From Candidatus Heimdallarchaeota archaeon (lineage in GTDB: Archaea; Asgardarchaeota; Heimdallarchaeia; Heimdallarchaeales; Heimdallarchaeaceae), in contig JAHLWR010000002.1 of the NCBI GenBank assembly GCA_019057815.1, positions 158,762 to 182,761 on the forward strand: a DNA stretch of 24,000 nucleotides, given 5' to 3'. The translations under genes and the position numbers were made by a program. The notes under the pieces are model-generated. The model ran no database searches, was not told the DNA's origin, and saw only the letters and a list, made by a program, of their open reading frames with translations. Below, piece after piece: positions 10,191-18,754 of this stretch (the stretch's first letter is position 1; each line of letters opens with the position of its first letter).

Positions 10191-10916
10191 TTAGCTTTTC
10201 CCAGGTAGTAATAATATGTGATTTATATTACTAGTTTCGTTTTGATCTATAATCATCCTTACTACCTTTGCAACATCACTCGAAGAGAGCATTTTATTTC
10301 TGTCAATATCCTTACCATCAAACCAAGGAGTGTCTACTGACCCAGGATTAATAGTTGCTACTTTCACCATGGTCCCTTTTAACTCATCACGTAAACACCC
10401 AACCATAGCTTGAACAGCATGTTTTGTTGCTGCATAAAGACTACACCTTGCAGCTGTTTTCAATCCTAGATTCGAAGATGTTACTATAATCTGCCCTTTA
10501 TTTTGTGCTTTCAATAGAGGTAGTGTTTTGTTCATCCAGAGGAAAACTCCTTTTACATTTGTATTGAACTGCTCATCATATTGTTCAATTGTTAAATCTT
10601 CCAAATTACCAAAGTAACCTACGCCAGCATTAGCAAAAAGAACATCAATTCCACCTAGTTTTTGCTTGATATTATTGAACATACGTTCTGTATCTTCTTC
10701 GTTCCCGACATTTCCAACATCATAATATGCTTCACAACCTAGAGAATGTAGACTTTCTACAATCTTCTTCAATCGACCATCATTTCGTCCCATAAGGAAA
10801 AAACAATGATTACTTTTAGCCATTTCAAAAGCAACTGCTTCGCCTATGCCACTTGATCCTCCAGTAATTACAATGCGTAGAGAATCTTCGATTATCGTTC
10901 CATTCATATGCTTCAA
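10191..10916 (-). CDS. Short-chain dehydrogenase/reductase (SDR)
   Basis: ITGGSSGIGEAVA (TGxxxGxG), NAGV, and catalytic S...YAATK. Confidence 0.88.
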   Translation of the reverse strand: MKHMNGTIIEDSLRIVITGGSSGIGEAVAFEMAKSNHCFFLMGRNDGRLKKIVESLHSLGCEAYYDVGNVGNEEDTERMFNNIKQKLGGIDVLFANAGVGYFGNLEDLTIEQYDEQFNTNVKGVFLWMNKTLPLLKAQNKGQIIVTSSNLGLKTAARCSLYAATKHAVQAMVGCLRDELKGTMVKVATINPGSVDTPWFDGKDIDRNKMLSSSDVAKVVRMIIDQNETSNINHILLLPGKS

Positions 10917-11008
10917 GTTTTGAACTTCTTAATATCCTTTTAGTATTGCAAAAAGAGCAAGGAATACAATAGGATTCTTACGAAGATAGTAAATATAACA
11001 AATATACG

Positions 11009-12412
11009 CTACATCTCTATTTCTTCTTTCACTAATCTTCTTAATAAAATAATACTAGTTCTTACCCCTTTTTCAAACCATTCCACCATTAGATTCTCAT
11101 TTGGAGCATGGTTTGCTTCATCTGGTTGGGCATAAGGTATAATGTACATTGGTTTTTCTATAATTTTGTATAGAGAATATAAAGGTAAACTCCCTCCTGC
11201 AAGGGGAACCTTCAATGGTTTCTCTTGGAAACCTTCTTCAATAGATTCTTCTAAGATTTTTGTCCATTGAAGTTCTAAGGATGTAAACATTGGATAAAAA
11301 CTAGCTCCAAACTCTATTTTACATCTATCAATAACCGCAGCCATTCTCTCTGATTTTTGACTTATTTTACCCAAATGCGCAAGAAATAACTTTTCTATCT
11401 TTTCTGGGGTTTGGTTAGGAACTAATCGTACATCTATTTCAATAACAGCATCTTTTGGTATAATCGTTTTAGCTTTTCCTCTTACGCTTCCAGATTGAAT
11501 ACCTCTAATGTTAAATGTAGGTCTGAACATTACTCGATGCGATAAAGGTTGATCTAATTCTTCTCCAAAATAATCTATTCCTAATTGCTGTTTGTATACC
11601 TCTGGATTTCGATTCAACTCTTTTGCAGCGTCTAGAGCTTCTTTTGAAGGCGTAAAAACATCATCATAAAAACCTTCAATTAAACATTTACCACCATCAT
11701 TTCTCATTGTTTTTAAAATCGAAATTAAATCCCACACTGGATTGGGTTGGATACCACCAAAATTACCTGAATGTACATCATCATTAGCGCTTTGTAGATT
11801 TATTTGTATTGTTTGAATTCCTCTAGCTCCAAATTCTAAAGTGGGTTTCCAAGTTGGATCTGCTGGACCATCAGAAACAATAATTAAATCTACATCTTTG
11901 AAGAGCTCAGATTTTTTTTCTAAGGCTTTTTCAAGATTTGGTGAACCTAATTCTTCTTCTCCATCGAAAACAAATATTACTCTAACATCCAGCTCATTAG
12001 ATTGATGAATACATTCGATAGCACGAAGATTAGCAAAAAGTTGTCCTTTATTATCTCCTACCCCTCTTGCATAAATCCTTCCATCTCGTATTTCAGGTTC
12101 AAAGGGAGGTGAAATCCATTTGTCTAGAGGTTCGGGAGGTTGGACATCATAATGACCATAAAACAATATACATGGAACCTTTTGATGAATATTGTTATCG
12201 TTTTGAGGATCCCATTTGGCTAGAATAACTGGATTTCCCAAAGTATCTAATAATTCAGCATAGTCAGCTGTTTTCTTCAAACGTTTCATCAACCAGTCTG
12301 CAGCGTCCTTTACTGCATTTCGATCTCTTGTAACGCTTGGAATTCTAATAAAATCGAATAAGTCATCTAAACATTCTTTTCTTGTATTGTTAAAAAATTC
12401 AAGAGCTTTCAA
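11009..12412 (-). CDS. M20 family metallopeptidase (DUG1/CNDP-like dipeptidase)
   Basis: LFYGHYDVQP...W.SPPFEPEIRDGRIYARGVGDNKGQ, and FDGEEELGS. Confidence 0.82.
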   Translation of the reverse strand: MKALEFFNNTRKECLDDLFDFIRIPSVTRDRNAVKDAADWLMKRLKKTADYAELLDTLGNPVILAKWDPQNDNNIHQKVPCILFYGHYDVQPPEPLDKWISPPFEPEIRDGRIYARGVGDNKGQLFANLRAIECIHQSNELDVRVIFVFDGEEELGSPNLEKALEKKSELFKDVDLIIVSDGPADPTWKPTLEFGARGIQTIQINLQSANDDVHSGNFGGIQPNPVWDLISILKTMRNDGGKCLIEGFYDDVFTPSKEALDAAKELNRNPEVYKQQLGIDYFGEELDQPLSHRVMFRPTFNIRGIQSGSVRGKAKTIIPKDAVIEIDVRLVPNQTPEKIEKLFLAHLGKISQKSERMAAVIDRCKIEFGASFYPMFTSLELQWTKILEESIEEGFQEKPLKVPLAGGSLPLYSLYKIIEKPMYIIPYAQPDEANHAPNENLMVEWFEKGVRTSIILLRRLVKEEIEM

Positions 12413-12567
12413 TTATACAACTTCCTTATGTCACTCAATATACAATCCATTAACTACTTACTTAACAGAATTATTTAAAAATGTAAGTTTGAAAACGAAA
12501 GTTTTATTAAAAAATGGAAGGGAGAGATGAATGAACGATAGATTTAGGGCAATTGTTCAAGAAAAGA

Positions 12568-12677
12568 GGGCCATTGGCTCAGCTAGGTAGAGCAGCGGAC
12601 TCTTAAACAAGATTAGCTGAAAATCATCTCGTAGAGTAATCCGTCGGTCGCCGGTTCAAATCCGGCATGGCTCGCCA
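12568..12677 (+). tRNA. tRNA-Lys(CUU) with a 33-nt canonical (37/38) intron and genomically encoded CCA
   Basis: Hand-folded. Acceptor GGGCCAT/ATGGCTC (one G-U). D arm GCTC/GAGC. Anticodon stem GCGGA/TCCGT. Loop CT-CTT-A|intron|A. T arm GCCGG-TTCAAAT-CCGGC. Discriminator G, then CCA. Confidence 0.88.
12606..12638 (+). other. tRNA intron with bulge-helix-bulge (hBHBh') splice motif
   Basis: Central 4-bp helix CTCT (12600-12603) / AGAG (12633-12636), flanked by two 3-nt bulges TAA (12604-12606) and TAA (12637-12639). Inner helix ACAAG/CTCGT has one mismatch. Cleavage after the second bulge nucleotide gives exons that form a normal anticodon loop. Confidence 0.75.
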
Positions 12678-12681
12678 TATC

Positions 12682-13686
12682 TCAATTTATTTCAAAAATA
12701 ATCTTTGGGCGTCTTATCATTCTCTTTAGTACTATTAAAATTATTATAATAGAATCAAGTATAAAATAAAATTTCACCTCAGATGTCGTGCTTGTTTCTG
12801 TTGTAACAACTGGAGAAATACCATTTGTTAAGGGGTATTTATCGGTTTTTCCCGCTGGTCCATCTATATCATAGTAGTTTATTCCTAACCAATCGGACCA
12901 ATAATTTCCTTCGGAAGATAAAACGTCATACCAAATATTTCCTTCTCCAGTGTCATAACCTTGCGATTCTCCTCCCTTATTGTTATTAACAAACCTATTA
13001 TGGTGTACAGCGTGATAATTAACATCTTGAGCCAGATACAAACCATATCCACCATTTTTTTGTAATATATTGCTGGTTATTAATCCTGCGTCACAGTGTA
13101 ATAGTTGCAAACCATAATCACTATTACCTGAACAATTATTATTTGATACAATAGCTTTATCACTATAAATAAAATACATCCCTTTTGTGTTATTTGTACA
13201 GGTATTATTCTTTAATATAGTTCGAGAAGTGTAATGAATATTTATTCCATTAACTATATTATTAGTACAAGTATTATTCATGATTTTAACAGTTTCATCT
13301 TTTACATTACTAATATATATTCCATAAGAATGTCCTGAAAGATAACAATTGCGTATAATTATTGATAGTGTGGTTGTAGAAATTGCTATTGCTTTATTAT
13401 ATGTAGTTGTTATATTATAATTTTCAATAACATAAGGATCTTCTTTTGTTCCATTTCCAGGGAAATTATAAGATATCAAATCGTCATCGGATAGTATAAT
13501 TATCTCTTCATATTCAACTAAATATTTGTTTTGAAAATAAATATTAACATTGTCTGAAAGAGATTCACTTTTTATTATTGAACTAGAATCAGTTAAAAGA
13601 AAGCACGTACTAGTTAATAGAATACCGATAAGAATGAATTTCTTAAAAAAGGAATTCGTTGAATTAACCATTCTACATAATCCCAT
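12682..13686 (-). CDS. Secreted/anchored right-handed parallel beta-helix repeat (PbH1/NosD-like) surface protein
   Basis: N-terminal signal-like segment FFKKFILIGILLTSTCFLL. Repeated ~22-aa units rich in N/G/I (NNTCTNN.., NNNCSGNSDYGLQL, NILQKNGGYGLYL). Many N-x-S/T sequons. A Thr/Ser-rich linker TTETSTTSE is followed by a C-terminal TM helix and a basic tail, KRMIRRPK. Confidence 0.72.
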   Translation of the reverse strand: MGLCRMVNSTNSFFKKFILIGILLTSTCFLLTDSSSIIKSESLSDNVNIYFQNKYLVEYEEIIILSDDDLISYNFPGNGTKEDPYVIENYNITTTYNKAIAISTTTLSIIIRNCYLSGHSYGIYISNVKDETVKIMNNTCTNNIVNGINIHYTSRTILKNNTCTNNTKGMYFIYSDKAIVSNNNCSGNSDYGLQLLHCDAGLITSNILQKNGGYGLYLAQDVNYHAVHHNRFVNNNKGGESQGYDTGEGNIWYDVLSSEGNYWSDWLGINYYDIDGPAGKTDKYPLTNGISPVVTTETSTTSEVKFYFILDSIIIILIVLKRMIRRPKIIFEIN

Positions 13687-13750
13687 TCATTAAATGTCTG
13701 TTTTTGTGTTTTATATTACCACACTTATAAAATATGTCTTTCTTAGAAAC

Positions 13751-14677
13751 TTAAAAATTTTCTATAGTTTGTATAGCTATTATCTCTCTTTCTTGTTCCT
13801 TTATCAGGTGCTTTTCCCAAGTTTCTGAGTCCAAAATCATTTGAAGCATCTGTTCAAATTGCTTTCTATTCTCAAAAATCTCGAATGCTCCTTCGATCCC
13901 ATCACTATCAAAACTTAACCAATCATTGCAAACTTCAGCAACAAATTCTGCAAATCTTTGATAAGCTTTCTTTTGGTCTTTGTTCTGGGTAATAACAATA
14001 GCAAAAGCTTTTTGGATTACTTTGAAATAAATGGTTAGCTTTTCTCCCTCTATTTTTTTTAATTTTCCTATCCCAATAAGTTGCCCTAAATCTAATATTG
14101 CGGATACGAAAGAAGAAAAAAGTACTGCATCATATGGTAACAAAAGTGTAGTCATCATATATACTGGTTGGCCTGAACTGGTAGCTATAAGTAAGTCAAC
14201 GTCACTAATCAATAGAGCATCACTGTCTTCATCTTTGCTTTCTACAGCAATTTCTGTTTCCAATTTAACACGTTTGTTTATAATTAAATTTAGATGCCTA
14301 GCGAATCTAGAGATATATTTTTGTTCTTTTAAAAGGAATGATTCTTCTGCTAACAGGCTATTAATCTCATCTTTGTTTACTAAAGGATGGAAATTGTTTT
14401 TGAACTCATTCTTCACTCTTTTTACAATTGATTGTTTTGTATATTGATTTTTTACAATTGCCAAAATATAATCGTTCTTCGTTTCACAAATAATCTCGAA
14501 ATCTTCAAACTCAATATTTTTTGGTGATGTTTCACCTAATTCTGTGATAATAGTAGTGATAGCGGTTAAATAGCTTACAATTCCTACCTGTAAATCATCC
14601 TTTCCCCATTCATCGTTGTAAATGCGATAATATCGACAGGAACCACTCTTCTTCAATATCAAAATAGCTTTTACCAA
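13751..14677 (-). CDS. Uncharacterised protein with two tandem longin/roadblock-like modules
   Basis: 308 aa with a TTG start (first possible start after an in-frame stop). Residues 1-~95 and ~150-~250 each show a strand-strand-helix-strand-strand-strand-helix periodicity (KAILILKK/CRYYRIY..IVSYLTAITTIITELG..IEFEDFEIICETKNDYILAIVKN and ALLISDVDLLIATSSGQPVYMM..AVLFSSFVSAILDLGQLIG..KIEGEKLTIYFKVIQKAFAIVITQ). The fold call is inference. Confidence 0.55.
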   Translation of the reverse strand: MVKAILILKKSGSCRYYRIYNDEWGKDDLQVGIVSYLTAITTIITELGETSPKNIEFEDFEIICETKNDYILAIVKNQYTKQSIVKRVKNEFKNNFHPLVNKDEINSLLAEESFLLKEQKYISRFARHLNLIINKRVKLETEIAVESKDEDSDALLISDVDLLIATSSGQPVYMMTTLLLPYDAVLFSSFVSAILDLGQLIGIGKLKKIEGEKLTIYFKVIQKAFAIVITQNKDQKKAYQRFAEFVAEVCNDWLSFDSDGIEGAFEIFENRKQFEQMLQMILDSETWEKHLIKEQEREIIAIQTIENF

Positions 14678-14761
14678 TTAACGGCCACATCACTAATTAT
14701 CTTTGTTTTGTTTCTTATACAAAAAAATAACTCTTAAAAGCTTCCTTCGTGACGTTAATTA

Positions 14762-15829
14762 ATGAAAGATGTTGCTTGTGGAATCCGTATTCCTTACTCT
14801 CATGCTGAAATCTTGCGTAAAAAACTAATTTCTCTTGGAGTGATTGACCATTCTTTAGCATTCATAAGAGAGGAGGAGAATTTGATTATTCCAATTGTTC
14901 TTACTAAGAAAGAAGCTGAAAAGCTACTATCAAGTTCTTATGAAAAAGTCAATCTTGAAATTGGAGAGTTTACTTTTTTAAGAATTCAAAAATCACCCAA
15001 CAGTTTACAAGAAGCTTTAGAAGACATAATTCCAGAGGATCTCCAAATGTTCGTTCCAAAATCTTTTGATGTGATTGGAGACATAGTTGTTATTGATATT
15101 CCACCAGAGATAACAGCATACAAGAAAATAATTGGAGTGGAGTTATTATCAATTGTTTCTTCTGTAAAAACCATATATAGAAAAGCATCTCCAGTTTCAG
15201 GTCAAAAAAGAATAAGAGAATTAGATTTCTTAACAGGAGAAAAAAAGTGTAGTACTCTCCACACAGAACATGGAATCAAATTATATGTTGATATTTGTGA
15301 TGCTTATTTTAGTCCTCGTCTAGGAAATGAGCACCATCGTGTTGCTTTAAGTTGTAAAAATCGGGAGATAATCACAGATTTATTTACAGGTGTTGGAGCT
15401 TTCCCCCTTCACATTGCAAAAGAACATGATGTAACAATCTATGCTATCGATATTAACAAAAGAGCAATTGAATGTTTGGAAGAATCCATAAAAATCAATA
15501 AACTCAAAGGAAAAATTATTCCAATAAATAATGATTGTAGGGAAATTATAAACGAAATACCTAAAGCAAACCGAATTATAATGAATCTTCCTAGCCATTC
15601 ACATAATTTTCTTGATGTTATGTGCAACATAATTCAACCAGAAGGAATCCTTTACTTCTACCATTTTGTTGATGAAGAAAATGCTGAAAAGGAAATTCAA
15701 CAAATACTTGAAGATGGTTTAAATAGAAACGCGTGGAAAATAAGTAAAATTGTGAATTTTCACAAAATAAGAGAAAGCGCTCCTCGAGAAATTCATGTTT
15801 GTTTAGAAGTTAAGGTTTCTCCTCTATAG
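14762..15829 (+). CDS. Trm5/Taw2 (Met-10+ like) tRNA methyltransferase
   Basis: FDVIGDIVVI, YFSPRLGNEHHRV, SAM motif DLFTGVGAFPL, AIDIN, and the catalytic NLP loop (IIMNLPS). Confidence 0.82.
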   Translation: MKDVACGIRIPYSHAEILRKKLISLGVIDHSLAFIREEENLIIPIVLTKKEAEKLLSSSYEKVNLEIGEFTFLRIQKSPNSLQEALEDIIPEDLQMFVPKSFDVIGDIVVIDIPPEITAYKKIIGVELLSIVSSVKTIYRKASPVSGQKRIRELDFLTGEKKCSTLHTEHGIKLYVDICDAYFSPRLGNEHHRVALSCKNREIITDLFTGVGAFPLHIAKEHDVTIYAIDINKRAIECLEESIKINKLKGKIIPINNDCREIINEIPKANRIIMNLPSHSHNFLDVMCNIIQPEGILYFYHFVDEENAEKEIQQILEDGLNRNAWKISKIVNFHKIRESAPREIHVCLEVKVSPL

Positions 15830-16242
15830 ATTTTTATTGTAACTTTCATTTCCATTTCAGGGTTTTTCATTTCATCAATCATTTTTCTTGAAAGCTGACT
15901 TGCAGACTTATTTGCGTTTATCATCAATGTTCTAGGGCATACAAAATTGCTTTTCCTTACTATTATTGCTCTTTTATCGGATAATAAAAGGTTAGGATGA
16001 CCTTTTCCTATTATTTTTTCACAAAACTTATCCACCTCAATTAGGAGAACAATATCAGTATTTAAGCTCTTAATAGAATTTTTGATAATTTCAGGTAGAA
16101 CACTTAGAGAACTACTAGCGTTTATTCCTATTATACAATTTCCTTTTAATGATAAATCTGTATCTGTAGTAATTTCAATAGTTGTTTTATGCGTTCCTAG
16201 TATTTTTTCATGGCCTTTACAAAAGAAAGAAAAAGATTTCAT
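15793..16242 (-). CDS. DUF371-family archaeal protein
   Basis: GHEKILGTHKTTIEITTDTDLSLKGNCIIGINA ... GHPNLLLSDKRAIIVRKSNFVCPRTLMINANKSA matches my recollection of the DUF371 pattern. Its 3' end overlaps the convergent Trm5 gene by 37 nt. Confidence 0.6.
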   Translation of the reverse strand: MKSFSFFCKGHEKILGTHKTTIEITTDTDLSLKGNCIIGINASSSLSVLPEIIKNSIKSLNTDIVLLIEVDKFCEKIIGKGHPNLLLSDKRAIIVRKSNFVCPRTLMINANKSASQLSRKMIDEMKNPEMEMKVTIKIYRGETLTSKQT

Positions 16243-16365
16243 AGTTCTTCTTTTGACATTCTCTTTTATTTTTGTTTTGCTCTCGAAAGGAAAAGTTTTT
16301 TCAAACTATTCCAACAAAATATTAAAAAACAAACTGCAGATAATTTCCTTGACAGGTAGACATCA

Positions 16366-17583
16366 ATGACTCAAAAGTTGCTATTAAGCGAAGCATTAGA
16401 CTGGTTTAGTAAACAGATATCTTCCACTCTGGCAAGTTACAGAAATAATGCTCATAAAAATATAAGAACAATCCATAATAAAATTGAAGATTTAATAACT
16501 GCAGCCCACAGGTTTGACTACTCAGATATTAAAGACCCTGATGTGTACCAAAATTATGCTACAACTATTTTTAATAAAACAATTGAAATATTTGAAAAAA
16601 TAGTACCACCAGAAGTAGTAACTTACAAAAAGATTGAAGAATACAATAATATTTGTAAAAATCAAATTGCTACATATATGAATCTCCTCTCCAAATACCT
16701 TTCATGGTTAAAAAGAGACCGCTCTTACAAAGACAAAGTAAAGAATCTTGATCGAGTTCTAGGGAGATTAAAAGAAGAAGTCCACAAGTTTGAAAATAAG
16801 ACAATGGTACATTATTCTGAAATCATAAAATATGAAAAAGTTATTGATGACATCGAAGAATTACAAATTAATGTTCAAAGTAGAACTGAGTTGAATGAAG
16901 AAATTGATTCACACTCTGAAGATATCAAGAGATTGACAGAAATAGTTGAAGAAAAGAATGGTGTACTAAAAGAACTTAAAGATCATCCTGGTTTTGTGCA
17001 ATTTGAACAGAATAAGCACGAATTAGAAAAAATCGAAATTATTCTTTCAAACAAAGTATCAGAAATTAAGAAACTCTCAAATAAAGTGATTAAAGCAGTA
17101 GAATCAAAGAAAATAGAAATCGATAACTATGACAAAGAAACACTAAAAAATTTGATAAAAGACCCTTTGGGAGTTTTAATAAGAGAATCAGATGGATATA
17201 GAGGTTTAAAGGCTATATTGAACACGCTTAAAGAAAGCAGCACTCTTCCAGCTATTCAAATGAAGAAAGATAAACTTGAGAGAGCTTATGAAAACATAGA
17301 CGAAATATTAAACGATGAGTTGCTAGAACACCAAAAAAGAGCAAAATTCCTGATACAACAAAATGATGCAATAGACTATAAATTCAAAGAAATGGAAATA
17401 GATGTCAAAATAAAAAGATATGAAAAGGAAATTGACAATCTTAAAATTGATATAGACAGAATCACCCTACCTCTTCGAAGAGAATTAGAAAATGTAGAGA
17501 AAAAAATTACGACAGCAAAAGAAACTATTGAAACAAGAGTTCTTAATTTTACGAAACAGTCAGTTTCTCTAATATTTGATTAA
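16366..17583 (+). CDS. Long alpha-helical/coiled-coil protein, function unknown
   Basis: 405 aa, K/E/I/N rich with heptad-like periodicity through most of its length. No enzymatic motifs recognised. Confidence 0.6.
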   Translation: MTQKLLLSEALDWFSKQISSTLASYRNNAHKNIRTIHNKIEDLITAAHRFDYSDIKDPDVYQNYATTIFNKTIEIFEKIVPPEVVTYKKIEEYNNICKNQIATYMNLLSKYLSWLKRDRSYKDKVKNLDRVLGRLKEEVHKFENKTMVHYSEIIKYEKVIDDIEELQINVQSRTELNEEIDSHSEDIKRLTEIVEEKNGVLKELKDHPGFVQFEQNKHELEKIEIILSNKVSEIKKLSNKVIKAVESKKIEIDNYDKETLKNLIKDPLGVLIRESDGYRGLKAILNTLKESSTLPAIQMKKDKLERAYENIDEILNDELLEHQKRAKFLIQQNDAIDYKFKEMEIDVKIKRYEKEIDNLKIDIDRITLPLRRELENVEKKITTAKETIETRVLNFTKQSVSLIFD

Positions 17584-17668
17584 TTTAGCCCTATCTAAGT
17601 AAGGTTACTAGTGTTGTGGTCATTTAAAGATAAGCTAATTCAATATCTTCTGATAAAGGGGGAAGGCA

Positions 17669-18589
17669 TTAAAGCAAACCTTTCTCAACAAGTAAACGAA
17701 ACTCGCTCATTGAGAGATTTTCTCCTTCCTCATACTTCGAAAAAGCCTTTTGAACATTCTCCTCGAGACTACTTTGTATTTGATCTTTCCTTTCTTTTCT
17801 AATCTGCTTTTGGATGCTTTTCATCTTTTGTCTTAAATCATGCCTGAGTCGTACTTTGGAAAGGAAATCTCTGTGAAAATGGTCAGCTTTCTTTTTAGTC
17901 ACTAAAAATTTATTATGCCAGTCATTAGCATCTTTTCGGAGCTTATTTACTTGTTGAAAAGATTGTGATCCTAAATTATGATAGATTTGAGATTCTTTTG
18001 CATCATTAATTATTCGTTGGTTTAAACTATGAAGCTTCTTCTGTGAAGAATTTATAACCTGCCATAGTAGAGTTCCTTTTGTAGATAGATTAACCTTTTT
18101 AGCAATTCCATTAAATTGTTCAGATAAACTCTCTAACTGTTGAATTATCTCTTTCTCTTTATTTATTGATAAAATTTGAGTTTGAAGGTTCCATTCAAGC
18201 TTTTTAATTTGATCATTCAACCTATGCATCTGTTTTCTGTTTTTTCTGAGTTCACCTTCACCCATCTTTTCATCTGATTCAGAAAGTAATGAAAGTTCTA
18301 TTCTACTCTCTTTAAGAGTTTCTTGATCTTTTTTTCTTGTATCTTTCAACTCTTTTACTTGAATATTAGTCTCATCTCTTTTAGAAATGTAATCCTTTGC
18401 TATTTTCAAATGATTACTAATCTCTTGGTTAATTTCGTTTCGTTTTGTTAAGGCTTCTTTTGTTAGAGTATTATTGTCATCTCTTTCTTTTTTGAGAATC
18501 TGGATTTCTTCTTGAAGTTTACTCAACGCAACAGCTATCTCCTCTATATTATTTTGCTCAACTGTTGGTTCATCTATCATATTACACAA
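17669..18589 (-). CDS. Coiled-coil protein, function unknown (architecture reminiscent of the conserved ~300-aa archaeal coiled-coil family, COG1340-like)
   Basis: 306 aa, two long heptad-rich segments, short C-terminal module KYEEGENLSMSEFRLLVEKGLL. The family assignment is from memory and unverified. Confidence 0.6.
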   Translation of the reverse strand: MCNMIDEPTVEQNNIEEIAVALSKLQEEIQILKKERDDNNTLTKEALTKRNEINQEISNHLKIAKDYISKRDETNIQVKELKDTRKKDQETLKESRIELSLLSESDEKMGEGELRKNRKQMHRLNDQIKKLEWNLQTQILSINKEKEIIQQLESLSEQFNGIAKKVNLSTKGTLLWQVINSSQKKLHSLNQRIINDAKESQIYHNLGSQSFQQVNKLRKDANDWHNKFLVTKKKADHFHRDFLSKVRLRHDLRQKMKSIQKQIRKERKDQIQSSLEENVQKAFSKYEEGENLSMSEFRLLVEKGLL

Positions 18590-18726
18590 AAGAGGAAGAA
18601 TAAGTAGTTTTTAAAGACTTTTCGTAATGTGAGTGTTGAGAAAAAAATGTAAAAAAAAGGCTATAGATAATAGTAAGTAATACAAGAGAAAGAAATACTT
18701 GAAAATATAATATCAATTTGTTTTTA

Positions 18727-18744
18727 TGTACCAGTACTTGAACA
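18727..18744. repeat. IS left terminal inverted repeat
   Basis: tgtaccagtacttgaaca is the exact reverse complement of 19960-19977. Confidence 0.85.
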
Positions 18745-18754
18745 TGAACTTCTC

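Noticed and set aside
12501-12546. Promoter for the tRNA gene (ttttattaaaaaa at about -60, atagattta at about -27)
   Set aside because: Both are plausible TATA-like strings, but in DNA this AT-rich I cannot tell a real box from background without TSS data.
12413-13750. tRNA-Lys as an integration site (att) for a genomic island carrying the beta-helix gene
   Set aside because: I did not see a second copy of the tRNA 3' half (ggttcaaatccggc...) elsewhere in the window by eye. No integrase is adjacent, and the composition of the neighbouring gene looks native. The by-eye scan is not exhaustive.
14031-14447. 138-aa plus-strand ORF antisense to the tandem longin/roadblock-like gene
   Set aside because: It is a shadow ORF of the minus-strand gene. 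Its Ser/Phe/Ile-rich composition is that of antisense AT-rich coding sequence, and it has no start context.
17611-17802. 63-aa GTG-start ORF in the convergent gap, overlapping the 3' end of the 306-aa coiled-coil gene
   Set aside because: It overlaps the better-supported minus-strand gene by over 130 nt and has no SD or conserved features.
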